Positions 1 to 10,065 of a stretch of DNA of 64,000 nucleotides are shown piece after piece (position 1 is the first letter of the stretch; every line of letters starts with the position of its first letter). Location: IMG/VR virus record IMGVR_UViG_3300025600_000001, positions 32,001 to 96,000 of that record. One strand, 5' to 3'. The notes beneath the pieces were generated by a model that worked only from the letters and a program-made list of their open reading frames with translations, had not been told where the DNA came from and ran no database searches. The DNA is from a virus. The position numbers and the translations under genes are program-made.

Positions 1-2
1 GT

Positions 3-863
3 ATAGTAGGAGCTTTAAAGTTAAGTGTAAATTCTATATACGGAAAATCCTCAGATATGACAAGTTGGATGTATGATCGTCTACTTACAATGTTTACCAC
101 TATTACTGGTGAACTCTCTCTAATGATGTTAATAGAAACTTATGAACTTGCTGGTATTCATGTAATCAGTGCAAATACTGACGGTGTGACTATTGAAATA
201 CAATGTAAAGATCTTATTAAAATGAATGAGATTAATATATGGTGGATGGGTTTAACCAAATATGAACTTGAAAGAACAGATTATCAGAAAATCATCTTCT
301 CAACAGTAAATGATTATATCGCAATAAAAGTAGGATATGACAAAGTGAAAGTAGATGATCAAGAAGAATATATCAAACGGAAAGGGGATTTCCTTGTTGA
401 CTTCGAATTACATAAAAATAAAAGTGCAAGAATAGTTCCAATTGCACTTAGCAATTATTTTATTAATAACATACCTATTGCTGATACTATTAGGAATCAT
501 GGTAATATTTTTGATTTTGCATTGAGACAGAAAGCTTCTAAAGATTTTCATTATGAAGGAGTATCAGATAGTAAGAAATCTATTTACAATAAACTTATTC
601 GATACTATGTGTCGAATACAGGAGAAAAATTATTAAAAGTAAAGAACCCTGAATGTTTAACAAATGCTCCAAAGATAGCTCAAGTCAATGCAGGTGAGTG
701 GTTGGCTACAGTATGTAATAAATTATCAAAAAAGACTAAGGTAGAAGATTGTAATATCAACTACTCATATTATATCGAAAGAGCTAATAGAATAGTAGAT
801 AAGATTGCCTACAAAGGTAAACGGCACAAACAAATAGATATAAATCAGTTAAAACTTTTCTAA
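3..863 (+). CDS. polB: Family B DNA polymerase, C-terminal part (5' truncated by window)
   Basis: The frame is open from base 3 and reads IVGALKLSVNSIYGK (motif B, KxxxNSxYG), then SANTDG (motif C). The ORF track shows only 57..863. Confidence 0.9.
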   Translation: MVGALKLSVNSIYGKSSDMTSWMYDRLLTMFTTITGELSLMMLIETYELAGIHVISANTDGVTIEIQCKDLIKMNEINIWWMGLTKYELERTDYQKIIFSTVNDYIAIKVGYDKVKVDDQEEYIKRKGDFLVDFELHKNKSARIVPIALSNYFINNIPIADTIRNHGNIFDFALRQKASKDFHYEGVSDSKKSIYNKLIRYYVSNTGEKLLKVKNPECLTNAPKIAQVNAGEWLATVCNKLSKKTKVEDCNINYSYYIERANRIVDKIAYKGKRHKQIDINQLKLF

Positions 864-1255
864 TGAGTATATGGATAAAAGACGGAGATTCAACAAAATT
901 GGCTCCTCACGAGTATGAAAGAACACTAATTGGTGCTATTTCTAGAAATAGCGAAGAACTTATTATGTGGGTTGAAGGAAGTAACTTTGAATATAAGATA
1001 AAGTCTTTTGATTTTGGTATATGTGGTGGGAATATAAACACTAATGCTGGAATTAATTTTACTAAAAAGGAACTTCAACATATAGTAAGAAATATGAAAG
1101 AAGGAGCAATATTTAAAGTTGCTGCATGTAATAGTTTATCTATATCTGGTGTTGTAGAAGATTTTAAAAAGAGTAATAATATGGTCCAAACTGGTCATTG
1201 TTCTTTTGCTCCATCAGAAGTTGCAAAAACATTACCTAAATATAAACCATCATAA
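863..1255 (+). CDS. Hypothetical protein
   Basis: 130 aa ORF whose start overlaps the polymerase stop (TAATG). Confidence 0.6.
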   Translation: MSIWIKDGDSTKLAPHEYERTLIGAISRNSEELIMWVEGSNFEYKIKSFDFGICGGNINTNAGINFTKKELQHIVRNMKEGAIFKVAACNSLSISGVVEDFKKSNNMVQTGHCSFAPSEVAKTLPKYKPS

Positions 1256-1503
1256 AAGACGTTCTAGAATTCTTATACTCTTTAAAATGAATTACACATT
1301 AGCTTTTTATAGCGAAATCGAAGAGTTACTTAGAGTATCTCTTCAAAATACAATTTGGTTGAAAGTAGATATGACTAGAGAAAGAAGTATACAACTAATA
1401 GAAATTCATAAATCTTTTATAGATAAAGCAATGTCTAAATTATCTGGTGAGGAAATTGCAATAATTTTATTTAAATATGATCAAAATTTAAAACTATTTT
1501 AAA

Positions 1504-1827
1504 ATGGAAAATATTAAATGGATATCTGAAGGAATAGTATTTGGTAATTATTGGGGAGGAGGTAGAGGAAGTTATGCTGCTATAAAACTCTCTGCTAATA
1601 CTAAAGAAGAATTATTAGAACAAGCAAATAAAGGATTAGATGATGGATCTTTAGATGCAGGAATGGGATATGAATCCTTAATTGGAGCTCTTTTAAATAT
1701 TACAAAAATCACCACAATTATAATTAAAGGTAAATCATTTGTTAATGAAGAATCAGAATTAGAATTTATCGGTGATTTAACTGAACAACAACAAGACTTT
1801 TTATTAGAATGTAATTATTCATATTAA
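1504..1827 (+). CDS. Hypothetical protein
   Basis: 107 aa ORF in a tightly packed plus-strand run; no recognised motif. Confidence 0.6.
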   Translation: MENIKWISEGIVFGNYWGGGRGSYAAIKLSANTKEELLEQANKGLDDGSLDAGMGYESLIGALLNITKITTIIIKGKSFVNEESELEFIGDLTEQQQDFLLECNYSY

Positions 1828-1839
1828 GGAGAAATAACT

Positions 1840-2145
1840 ATGAATGTAGATGTAAAAGTAACAGCATGGAGAAGAGTAGAACTTCCAGAAGAAATGACAA
1901 AAGAAGAAGCTATTAAAATTCTTGAAAGTCATAACTCTGTAGATTATTTCTTTGATGAAGATGAGTATTTTAAAGAAAAATATCCTAATCACACCTTTGA
2001 ATATCAAGAAGTTGAAAATAGTGAAGAAGATATGACTACTAAAGAAAACGGTAATCAATCTACTATAGAATTACATGATTTTCCTAATGATGTATATGAT
2101 CGTGAAGATGTTATATTGTGGGAAAATTATAAAGAAAAATTATGA
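1840..2145 (+). CDS. Acidic hypothetical protein
   Basis: 101 aa ORF with AAGGAG upstream and an ATGA overlap with the next ORF. Confidence 0.65.
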   Translation: MNVDVKVTAWRRVELPEEMTKEEAIKILESHNSVDYFFDEDEYFKEKYPNHTFEYQEVENSEEDMTTKENGNQSTIELHDFPNDVYDREDVILWENYKEKL

Positions 2146-2366
2146 CAGAAATTCCAGAATTCTTACAAAAAATAAGTTGGGATAGACTTAGAGAGCAGAA
2201 AGCTTTATTGTTATCACTAAGTAATACTGGTATACTTACAGCAGATGTATGTAGTAATCTTGATGGTATAATTGGTCTTATTGATACTATTCAGGATTTT
2301 GCAGTTGATATAATGGGTTTATCAGAAAAAGAAGTATTTAATCTATCAGAGAAGGACATATTATGA
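2142..2366 (+). CDS. Hypothetical protein
   Basis: 74 aa ORF with ATGA overlaps at both ends. Confidence 0.6.
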   Translation: MTEIPEFLQKISWDRLREQKALLLSLSNTGILTADVCSNLDGIIGLIDTIQDFAVDIMGLSEKEVFNLSEKDIL

Positions 2367-3736
2367 AACAAGAAATTCGTGTATTAGCTCAACTAACTTT
2401 TGAAGATATTGAGATGTATAATATAGAAACTACTAAAATTAAAGAAATGAAATTAGAAAAACTACCACAACGATGGTTTATTAGATGGGAAAGTAGAGAA
2501 CACTATGAAGTGATTCAAGGATATTTTAATTCTATAAGATCACATAATCAGTGGACTTATTATGTACCACAACATTGTGACTCAAAGATTAATCAGGATA
2601 ATAAATATAGAAGTTGGTCTGATCCTGATTTTGAAGATTCTATAGAATTATCATTTGATGATTTTGAAAGATTAGTTCTTAAAAAAGAATTTGTTTTTGT
2701 TTTACCTGAGAAATGGTATTGTATTTATAAAAATCAACAAGAGTTTGCTATTGCTAATGACTTTTTTAAAGGAAATTGGACGTATGTCAATGTTGATGGT
2801 GAACATGGATTTACAAACGTAGATAGCAATAATCATTGGTGGTGGAAAGGTCCTTTACTAAAATATACACAAATTAATTTTGAACAATTTACAAATTACG
2901 TATTAAAACCTAAAAAAATGGAAAAGAAAGTTATTGGGTATGAATTAAAAGAAGATTGTAAACAGTTTATTCCTGCTTTAGCAAAGATCTCATATGGTTA
3001 TGCTGGAGGATGTTTTGAAAATGGTTCACCATTTCATAACCATTATAAAGCAGCTAATGTTCTTGATCTTTGGTTTACTCCTTTATATGAAAAAGAGAGA
3101 GAGTATCAAGTAGGAGATTGGATTACAATGTTAAGTGAGTATTGTAACGAAGTTCCAAAAGATAAAACTTTTAAATTAGTTAATTTTCAAGGTGGTAGTT
3201 GTTGGGTAGTAGAACATGATGGTGAAGACAGTTATCTTGCTCCTTTTACATCTCAATTTAGACTAGCTACTAAGGAAGAAATCAAAAAAGCAGAAGATGA
3301 TTTATTGTTAGCAGAAGCAGCGAAACGTTATCCGATAGGAACAAAATTTTATCCTGCTCATGCAAATATAAGTAGTAGATATTGTATTGTTACTAGTGAA
3401 ATATTTATAATAGATGATAATAATGTTATCTATGCCACGATAGATGAAACTAAGTGTTGGGATTCATCTGGAGATAAAAAATATGGAAATACAAATTTAA
3501 ATAGAATAGTACACATAAATGGTAAATGGGCTGAGATTTGTGAAGATGTTCCAGATATTACTATTAATGGTTATAAAGCAATAATTACTCCTTTTGATGT
3601 AACATTTGGATGTCAGAAATATACCAAAGCATTTATAATGAAACTTTGGCAATGTTTGGAAACAAATGATTTTAAGATGGATTATAAAGATGATATTCAA
3701 AAATTAGCTGAATACTATGGTAGAACAGAGAATTAA
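2363..3736 (+). CDS. Mosaic hypothetical protein with an internal tandem domain duplication
   Basis: 457 aa; LPQRWF...ELSFDDFERLVLK is repeated as LPEKWY...QINFEQFTNYVLK. Confidence 0.7.
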   Translation: MKQEIRVLAQLTFEDIEMYNIETTKIKEMKLEKLPQRWFIRWESREHYEVIQGYFNSIRSHNQWTYYVPQHCDSKINQDNKYRSWSDPDFEDSIELSFDDFERLVLKKEFVFVLPEKWYCIYKNQQEFAIANDFFKGNWTYVNVDGEHGFTNVDSNNHWWWKGPLLKYTQINFEQFTNYVLKPKKMEKKVIGYELKEDCKQFIPALAKISYGYAGGCFENGSPFHNHYKAANVLDLWFTPLYEKEREYQVGDWITMLSEYCNEVPKDKTFKLVNFQGGSCWVVEHDGEDSYLAPFTSQFRLATKEEIKKAEDDLLLAEAAKRYPIGTKFYPAHANISSRYCIVTSEIFIIDDNNVIYATIDETKCWDSSGDKKYGNTNLNRIVHINGKWAEICEDVPDITINGYKAIITPFDVTFGCQKYTKAFIMKLWQCLETNDFKMDYKDDIQKLAEYYGRTEN

Positions 3737-3977
3737 TAGAGAAAATATCGGAATACATTTAATGGATTACCAATTGATTTTAATAGACAAAACAAGAATG
3801 GATCTTCTTAATGATGACAAATGGAAAAGTCATTGGAAGATTACTTTTGAACAGCATACCCAGTTACATGGATATGCTATTTCTCTAATAAAGAAAGTTT
3901 TTCATTGCAATAAAAGAAAAGCTGAAGAAACTTTTAAATGGTTTGAACTTCAATTTGGATTAAAAATAAAAAACTAA
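3717..3977 (+). CDS. Hypothetical protein
   Basis: 86 aa ORF in operon context. Confidence 0.6.
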   Translation: MVEQRINRENIGIHLMDYQLILIDKTRMDLLNDDKWKSHWKITFEQHTQLHGYAISLIKKVFHCNKRKAEETFKWFELQFGLKIKN

Positions 3978-3986
3978 TTAAAAAAA

Positions 3987-4211
3987 ATGAAAAGTACGAA
4001 ATTAGGACAATCTCCTGCATTTTCTTGTGGGACAGATAATTATACACAAAAAGGAATATCTATACGTCTTTATCTGGCAGGAATGGCAATGCAAGGAATC
4101 TTAGCAAATAGAGTATTAGTTGAGGGATATGATACCTATATATATAAATGGGTAGCAGAACAGGCACTTGCGCAGGCCGATGAACTTCTTAAACAGGAGA
4201 CTATAGAATGA
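3987..4211 (+). CDS. Small phage protein (PAF...GISIRLYLAGMAMQG...ADELL type)
   Basis: Motif GxSxRxYxAxxAMQG...ADxLL is common in phage accessory regions. Confidence 0.7.
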   Translation: MKSTKLGQSPAFSCGTDNYTQKGISIRLYLAGMAMQGILANRVLVEGYDTYIYKWVAEQALAQADELLKQETIE

Positions 4212-4372
4212 TACAACAAGACTGGGAAAGATTTCAGGAGTTACACGAGATGTATCTCCTAGAGAATAGAATGAGAGAAGAGGAGGAATATTGGGACTGG
4301 GAACAAGAACAAAACAAACGTCCAGCTAAGATTATAATTTTAACATCAACTAAAAAGGAGAAAATAAAATGA
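4208..4372 (+). CDS. Small hypothetical protein (54 aa, not in ORF track)
   Basis: Hand translation MIQQDWERFQELHEMYLLENRMREEEEYWDWEQ...KEKIK; ATGA overlaps at both ends. Confidence 0.6.
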   Translation: MIQQDWERFQELHEMYLLENRMREEEEYWDWEQEQNKRPAKIIILTSTKKEKIK

Positions 4373-4590
4373 AAACAGTTAAAGAATGGTTTATACAATT
4401 TGGAAAAAAGAATTTTGAGAGTAATAAAGAAAATATAGAAAAAGCAGTAGAAGATGCTGATATTAAATTTATATTTGAAGCTATGGACGCCTATGGTAAG
4501 CAAGAATACAATCAGGCTATTGATGATTTAATAGTTAATGATCTAGTTACCGATAGAGAAACAACAAGATTAAGATTCAAAAAAGTTTAA
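4369..4590 (+). CDS. Hypothetical protein
   Basis: 73 aa ORF with AAGGAG upstream. Confidence 0.55.
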   Translation: MKTVKEWFIQFGKKNFESNKENIEKAVEDADIKFIFEAMDAYGKQEYNQAIDDLIVNDLVTDRETTRLRFKKV

Positions 4591-4594
4591 TCAA

Positions 4595-5251
4595 ATGATA
4601 AATATAAAATTTACACCAATCCATTTTCAGGAGTTAATAAGTAAAGGATATTCAATGGATCATATCATTCTACTTAAATGGATTTCTGAAGGAACTGATT
4701 TAACTTATATGCTACAATCAGGAATTCCTAAGATATCAGCACTATATCAGTCTTTAATTAGAAAAGGTCTTATCAATGATAATAGTATTACAGAATTAGG
4801 TAAAGAATTAATGATATTCATTAATACCGAAAATCCTCCACAACTTCTTAGAAAGAAACCTGCAGAAAAGAAGATTTTAACAGATATTCCAAGTGAGGGT
4901 TTTGATCTGTTTTGGAAAGCATATCCTGGAACAGATACATTTACATATAAAGGGATATCTTTTACTGGTAGTAGATCTTTAAGAGTAGATAGAGATAGAT
5001 GTAAGGCAAAACTTACTAGTATTCTTTCTGAAGGAGAGCATACTATTATAGATATCGTAGAAGCTCTTAATTTTGATGTAATTCAAAAGAAAGAAAATTC
5101 TATTAAAAATAAACAGAATAAACTTACCTATATGCAAAACTCTCTCACATATCTTAATCAATTAGCATTTGAACCATTCATTGAGCTTATTAAAGAAGGT
5201 GTTCAAGTTCAAACAACATCTGTACAACAAAGAGGAGGTACAGATATTTAA
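4595..5251 (+). CDS. Putative replication initiator/replisome organiser-like protein
   Basis: N-terminal winged-helix-like segment, FDLFWKAYP motif and C-terminal YMQNSLTYLNQ motif, typical of phage replication proteins. Confidence 0.55.
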   Translation: MINIKFTPIHFQELISKGYSMDHIILLKWISEGTDLTYMLQSGIPKISALYQSLIRKGLINDNSITELGKELMIFINTENPPQLLRKKPAEKKILTDIPSEGFDLFWKAYPGTDTFTYKGISFTGSRSLRVDRDRCKAKLTSILSEGEHTIIDIVEALNFDVIQKKENSIKNKQNKLTYMQNSLTYLNQLAFEPFIELIKEGVQVQTTSVQQRGGTDI

Positions 5252-5293
5252 AATTTAAATTATGAAAACATTAATAACTGAAGGGGACAAACA

Positions 5294-5770
5294 ATGAAGT
5301 CTACTTTTGAAGATGAACTTGTTTGTATGATTCCAAGACTTAAAAACTTCGCCTTTAGATTGACTAGGAATATTGAAAATAGTGAGGACTTGTTAAGTGA
5401 AACCATCTTACAATCATTGAAAAATAAAGCAAAATATAAAGATGATACGAATTTTAAAGGATGGATAACTACTATAATGAAAAACTGTTTTGTAAATAAT
5501 TATAGACGATCAGTTAGACACGGAATACAATTAGAACTCGAAGATGTGAAAGGCAATAACATTTGCACCAGTAGAGAAATCGACAATAAAGTATATTTAA
5601 ATCAGATATTAGATTTTATAAATAACCAAGATAAAAAACTAAGTATTCCAATGATTTTATTTTCACAAGGATTCAAATATGAGGAAATATCCGAAATGCT
5701 TGGTATTCCTTTAGGTACTGTGAAATCAAGAATATTTATAATGAGAGAAAAATTAACTGAAATTTTATAA
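5294..5770 (+). CDS. ECF-type sigma-70 family sigma factor
   Basis: Region 2 (SEDLLSET...FKGWITTIMKN) and region 4 (GFKYEEISEMLGIPLGTVKSRI) motifs. Confidence 0.9.
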   Translation: MKSTFEDELVCMIPRLKNFAFRLTRNIENSEDLLSETILQSLKNKAKYKDDTNFKGWITTIMKNCFVNNYRRSVRHGIQLELEDVKGNNICTSREIDNKVYLNQILDFINNQDKKLSIPMILFSQGFKYEEISEMLGIPLGTVKSRIFIMREKLTEIL

Positions 5771-5771
5771 A

Positions 5772-6050
5772 ATGAAATTAATTGACGAAAAAGAAGTTAA
5801 AGCAGAGGCCAATTCAGAAAAACATTTTGAATGCAAACCAAGTTCTGATTTTGTAGTAGGGTTTACGATCGGTAATAGTTGGACTGAAACTAAACTGGAG
5901 AAGTTGGCGATTGAATTTGCGAACGATTGCCTTCACGGTTATAAACCGTATTTCTATGGGAAAAATAGATGGTATAGAGAATCGGATGGAGTAGTTTACA
6001 CTACCTCGCAGTTATTTGAACTATTTATAAACGAAAGGAATAAGAAATGA
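5772..6050 (+). CDS. Hypothetical protein
   Basis: 92 aa ORF; loosely similar to 7684..7983. Confidence 0.6.
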   Translation: MKLIDEKEVKAEANSEKHFECKPSSDFVVGFTIGNSWTETKLEKLAIEFANDCLHGYKPYFYGKNRWYRESDGVVYTTSQLFELFINERNKK

Positions 6051-6197
6051 AAAAATTTGTACAACAACAAAAATTATACTATCTTTACACCGCAGGTCAG
6101 TAATGAAAATATTTAAAATTCCATATCGGTTACATCGCCAAAAGTACAACTCCGTACAACTGGACTGCCTTTGTAATCGGTATGGTATTTTTATATT

Positions 6198-6689
6198 ATG
6201 AAAGAAATATTATTAAGCAAGTATGGTAAAAATAAGGGCAAATATGTTGCCTTAGTTGACGATGAAGATTACGAAAGAGTAAATAAATTAAATTGGTATA
6301 TTAAAATTCGCAAATCGAATAATTTATATTACGCTGTTCGTCAATTTGCACATAATAATAAGATGAAATGTCAATTTATGCACTCATATATACTTGGTTT
6401 GCCTATGATTGATCACAAAGATCATAATGGATTAAATAATCAGAGATTAAATCTAAGAGAATGCACCACAATTCAAAATTGTCAAAATCAAAGAATTAGT
6501 TTAAATGGCAGTTCAATTTATAAAGGGGTAAATTGGAATAATTACAGTAAAAAATGGGTTTCTCAAATTGGGGTCAATTATAGGCGTATTTTCATTGGTA
6601 GATTTAAAGACGAAATAGAAGCAGCAAAAGCCTATGATGCAAAAGCAAAAGAATTGTTTGGAGAATTTGCATTTGTTAATTTTAAATAA
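6198..6689 (+). CDS. HNH homing endonuclease with AP2 DNA-binding domain
   Basis: ALVDDED, IDHKDHNGLNNQRLNLR (HNH) and YKGVNW...IGRFKDEIEAAKAYD (AP2). Confidence 0.92.
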   Translation: MKEILLSKYGKNKGKYVALVDDEDYERVNKLNWYIKIRKSNNLYYAVRQFAHNNKMKCQFMHSYILGLPMIDHKDHNGLNNQRLNLRECTTIQNCQNQRISLNGSSIYKGVNWNNYSKKWVSQIGVNYRRIFIGRFKDEIEAAKAYDAKAKELFGEFAFVNFK

Positions 6690-6715
6690 ACTACATATAT
6701 TTATAAGACATACCT

Positions 6716-6928
6716 ATGACAGCGAAAATAGAGGCCAAAAGGATATTTGAGCAATACTTTGACACACTTGCAGGATTTAGGATTAAAGACTGCAATGGAG
6801 TTCCTATTGAAAATGAATTAATCAAAGAGTGTGCTTTGATTGACGTTCATAATACACTAAAAGTAGTTCGCCAGCTAAATAATTATGCTTTTTATCAGGA
6901 AGTAAAAACAGAATTAGAAAAATATTGA
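6716..6928 (+). CDS. Small phage protein (paralog of 8333..8548)
   Basis: MTAKIEAKRIFEQY...KECALIDV...YQEVKTELEK. Confidence 0.7.
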   Translation: MTAKIEAKRIFEQYFDTLAGFRIKDCNGVPIENELIKECALIDVHNTLKVVRQLNNYAFYQEVKTELEKY

Positions 6929-6929
6929 T

Positions 6930-7238
6930 ATGAAACACGAATTTACAAAAGAAAAATGGGAATATGTAGGTGGAGATAATATGAGTGTTGAGGTAAATAT
7001 TGGAAATGCTACATGCAATATTGATAGATGTGATAAAAACACGAATGAAATAGTCGTATCTAGGAATGAAATGGAAGCAAATGCAAGGCTAATATCTGCC
7101 GCACCTGAAATGATTGAAGCGTTAATAAGCGTCGAATCATACTTAACTGATATTTACGAATCCAATCAACTCGCTCCGTTCCCTACTCGAAGCGAACTTG
7201 ATAAAATTAGATCAGCAATTAAAAAAGCAATCAAATGA
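6930..7238 (+). CDS. Small phage protein (ANARLISAAPE type)
   Basis: EANARLISAAPEM...AIKKA motif. Confidence 0.75.
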   Translation: MKHEFTKEKWEYVGGDNMSVEVNIGNATCNIDRCDKNTNEIVVSRNEMEANARLISAAPEMIEALISVESYLTDIYESNQLAPFPTRSELDKIRSAIKKAIK

Positions 7239-7639
7239 AAACAGAATTAAAAGATTGCCTGCATCATTACCTGAATACAGGGTTAAAAATACAAGCTAAG
7301 GGTGGCATGATATACACCTTAAACTTTGAGATATACAACCTTACAATTATTAGTGGATGGAAGCCCCTTCTCCTTCCAATGTCTGCACTTACCGAGCCTT
7401 TGGAAGATGGAACGATACCGATTGATTATATTGAAAAGAATATTCATAAAGATATAGATTTCTATATGCCATTGAATATTGATTTAGATTTAGAGGTTTG
7501 TATTCGTACTGCTGATTATTCTCAGGAAGTAGATTTATTTGATGGATTTTTAATCATGCAAAAGCTTTTTGAATGGCATTTTGATGTCTACGGATTGATT
7601 GAATCAGGTCAAGCGATTGATAAACGAACAGTTAAATAA
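7235..7639 (+). CDS. Bacteroidota phage hypothetical protein
   Basis: KPLLLPMSALT...LFEWHFDVYGLIESGQAID motif. Confidence 0.7.
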   Translation: MKTELKDCLHHYLNTGLKIQAKGGMIYTLNFEIYNLTIISGWKPLLLPMSALTEPLEDGTIPIDYIEKNIHKDIDFYMPLNIDLDLEVCIRTADYSQEVDLFDGFLIMQKLFEWHFDVYGLIESGQAIDKRTVK

Positions 7640-7683
7640 TACGGCTTGAGAATCAAGTCGAAACAAATACTAATACTAAAATT

Positions 7684-7983
7684 ATGAATTTAGAAGAAGA
7701 AAAGAAACAAGCATTTGATAATTTCGCTATTAGCTGCGCGTTGGCATGTACTCCAATTGATGAATATAAAATACCATTCGAATGTGGATTTGATGCAGGA
7801 ATTTCTAAGATAACCGACTTCGCAGATTGGTTGCATAATAATTGGTACGAACCCGAAGGATCGGACGGTTTCTGGCGATTGAAAGCTGAAGATGAAGAAT
7901 ACACCTTACCAATTCCAAATGTGAATTTCTTCACATCAGAAGAATTGGCAGCAAAGTATATTTCAGGTGAAGGGGCGAGTTAA
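7684..7983 (+). CDS. Hypothetical protein
   Basis: 99 aa ORF, co-oriented with neighbours. Confidence 0.6.
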   Translation: MNLEEEKKQAFDNFAISCALACTPIDEYKIPFECGFDAGISKITDFADWLHNNWYEPEGSDGFWRLKAEDEEYTLPIPNVNFFTSEELAAKYISGEGAS

Positions 7984-8038
7984 AAACTCACCTTAAGTGT
8001 ACCAGAACCAAAATAATTAACGAATAAAACTATAAAAC

Positions 8039-8329
8039 ATGTCAAAATACTATTTTTCAGATAATGACGAAGAAACGTGTTATACAATCGCAGGTCACAA
8101 ACAGCAAATGATAGATAACAACGAAGTCGAAAGAATTGTTTTTGAGGCTAAAATATCTGACGAAAAAGGTTTTTTCTATTGCAAGGTGATGGGAGAAATT
8201 GGAGAGGTTGATGGAACGTGCGGAAAAGATTGCATCATGTATATCCCACGCAACGGAAAATCTGGAATTTGTACTTCGTACAGAAAACTTTATGCACAAA
8301 CAGATAAATCAAGAACCATAAAACTATAA
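8039..8329 (+). CDS. Cys-rich hypothetical protein
   Basis: 96 aa with FYC...CGKDC...PRNGKSGIC; possible metal binding. Confidence 0.65.
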   Translation: MSKYYFSDNDEETCYTIAGHKQQMIDNNEVERIVFEAKISDEKGFFYCKVMGEIGEVDGTCGKDCIMYIPRNGKSGICTSYRKLYAQTDKSRTIKL

Positions 8330-8332
8330 GAA

Positions 8333-8548
8333 ATGACACCGAAAGACGAAGCGAAAAGAATATTTGATCAGTACTATAAGCTATTATTCCTTTGTGAAAC
8401 AACAAAAGATATAGCGAAAAAATGCGCTTTGATAACTGTTAATCAGGTTATATTATCTTTTAAAATGGCTATTAATGATTATAAACCTAATAGTTGGCAT
8501 CCTGCTTGTTGGTGGGAGAAGGTAAAAAACGAACTTGAAAACCTATGA
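8333..8548 (+). CDS. Small phage protein (paralog of 6716..6928)
   Basis: MTPKDEAKRIFDQY...AKKCALITV...WEKVKNELENL. Confidence 0.7.
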   Translation: MTPKDEAKRIFDQYYKLLFLCETTKDIAKKCALITVNQVILSFKMAINDYKPNSWHPACWWEKVKNELENL

Positions 8549-8634
8549 ACCACCTAATACACTTATTCCAATCAGGGGAGGCAATAGTAATACATATTAT
8601 TGATTTAATAAAGATTATACACTAAAAACACAAT

Positions 8635-8898
8635 ATGTACAATAAAAGAACATGGTTAAATGGCATAACATCATCTTCAACTAGCACTATTGTTACGTTT
8701 GATGGAGATGTGCGATATGATGATAAAACATACAGGGATACCTTTATTAAAATATCTGACTGTAAATATTCCATTAAGCTTCATAAAAAAGATGATGATT
8801 CGATGGAAGATTTTATTACCAAAATGGGATTATTAAAAACTGAAATAGAACTATTTATTAACCACTTAGAACAAAATGGAAGATATAACAATAAATAA
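8635..8898 (+). CDS. Hypothetical protein
   Basis: 87 aa ORF, co-oriented. Confidence 0.65.
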   Translation: MYNKRTWLNGITSSSTSTIVTFDGDVRYDDKTYRDTFIKISDCKYSIKLHKKDDDSMEDFITKMGLLKTEIELFINHLEQNGRYNNK

Positions 8899-9274
8899 AC
8901 AACTTCTATATTTTGCCATGCGTGACGTATTTAATGCTGGTCTTCATGCAACAGGTAGATATAACGAGGAGAATAGATACCAGATAGCAATAAAAAAAAT
9001 AAGACAATTAACTGCTGTTAATAAATGTGTAGAAAATGAAGAAATAACACACCAATGGTTTATTAATAATGGATTTAATGAAACAAATGGGGTAGGATAT
9101 TGCTATTACGCTTATCACACAAAGAAATTTGATTATTGCATGATAATAAATAAATATGGTGATAATTATTATTGTGGCAATCAAGATGAGATAGGCATGG
9201 TAAAATACACTAACCAAATAAAGCTAATTTATCTTATTCAAACTGGAAATGTATTCCCCGTAAACGAATGCTAA
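8876..9274 (+). CDS. Hypothetical protein
   Basis: 132 aa ORF overlapping the upstream gene. Confidence 0.6.
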   Translation: MEDITINKQLLYFAMRDVFNAGLHATGRYNEENRYQIAIKKIRQLTAVNKCVENEEITHQWFINNGFNETNGVGYCYYAYHTKKFDYCMIINKYGDNYYCGNQDEIGMVKYTNQIKLIYLIQTGNVFPVNEC

Positions 9275-9348
9275 AAAGTTACCTGAACTGTACCAGTACC
9301 GATTGAGTTATTTGAAAGACGAAGTAAAAATTATAAAAATGTAAAAAG

Positions 9349-9585
9349 ATGACAAATTTTGATATTGTAAATAAGTTAGTAGGTAAGATCAATCCTGTTG
9401 GTGAAACAAATACCGACAATGAAAGATTTGAGAACTTGAAAGAAATGTGTAAATTGGTAGATAACTTTATAGTTGAAATTGATAATGTTGGATATGAAAA
9501 TAGAGAGAGTAATGAATTTTCAGTTAAAAGGGCAGGCGAATTTGCAACCAATTTTCTTAAAGTAACAATTGGAATTAAAGATTAA
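9349..9585 (+). CDS. Hypothetical phage protein
   Basis: 78 aa; KLVGKINPVGETNTDNERFENL motif. Confidence 0.65.
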   Translation: MTNFDIVNKLVGKINPVGETNTDNERFENLKEMCKLVDNFIVEIDNVGYENRESNEFSVKRAGEFATNFLKVTIGIKD

Positions 9586-9587
9586 TC

Positions 9588-9773
9588 ATGCAATACTTCA
9601 TTGACATTGCCCCGAAAGGGGATAAGAAAGTATGCTCGAATTGTAAACACTTTTCTACGTTTGGAGTAGTAACAGGAGTATGTATGAACATCGTAAGATT
9701 GACGTACAAACAAAATACACAGAGTTGTAAGAAATTTGAATTTAAAACTAAAAAAGATGAAACAACTGATTGA
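9588..9773 (+). CDS. Small Cys-rich protein
   Basis: CSNCKHF...GVC...SCKKF. Confidence 0.55.
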   Translation: MQYFIDIAPKGDKKVCSNCKHFSTFGVVTGVCMNIVRLTYKQNTQSCKKFEFKTKKDETTD

Positions 9774-10065
9774 AAAGTACAAAGAAAGAGTAAAAAACAT
9801 TAATGCTTTCCTTAACGGTTATGAAGGATCACTAAAGACCATGACAGTAACAAGGACAAGAGAAAGAGCAAATTGTTATGAAACCTTTATCACTGAATTG
9901 GAAGCCTTACAAGCAAGGGATGCAGGTAAAATGGTGAATGAAAACGGAACTAAAAACTGTTAAGATGAAATTTCAATGCCCTGTCAATTCACTTTGGTAA
10001 GCATGTTAATATGAATGCTGTATTGTTATTTCATATTACGAATCTTAACTAATCTGAAAAATGAT

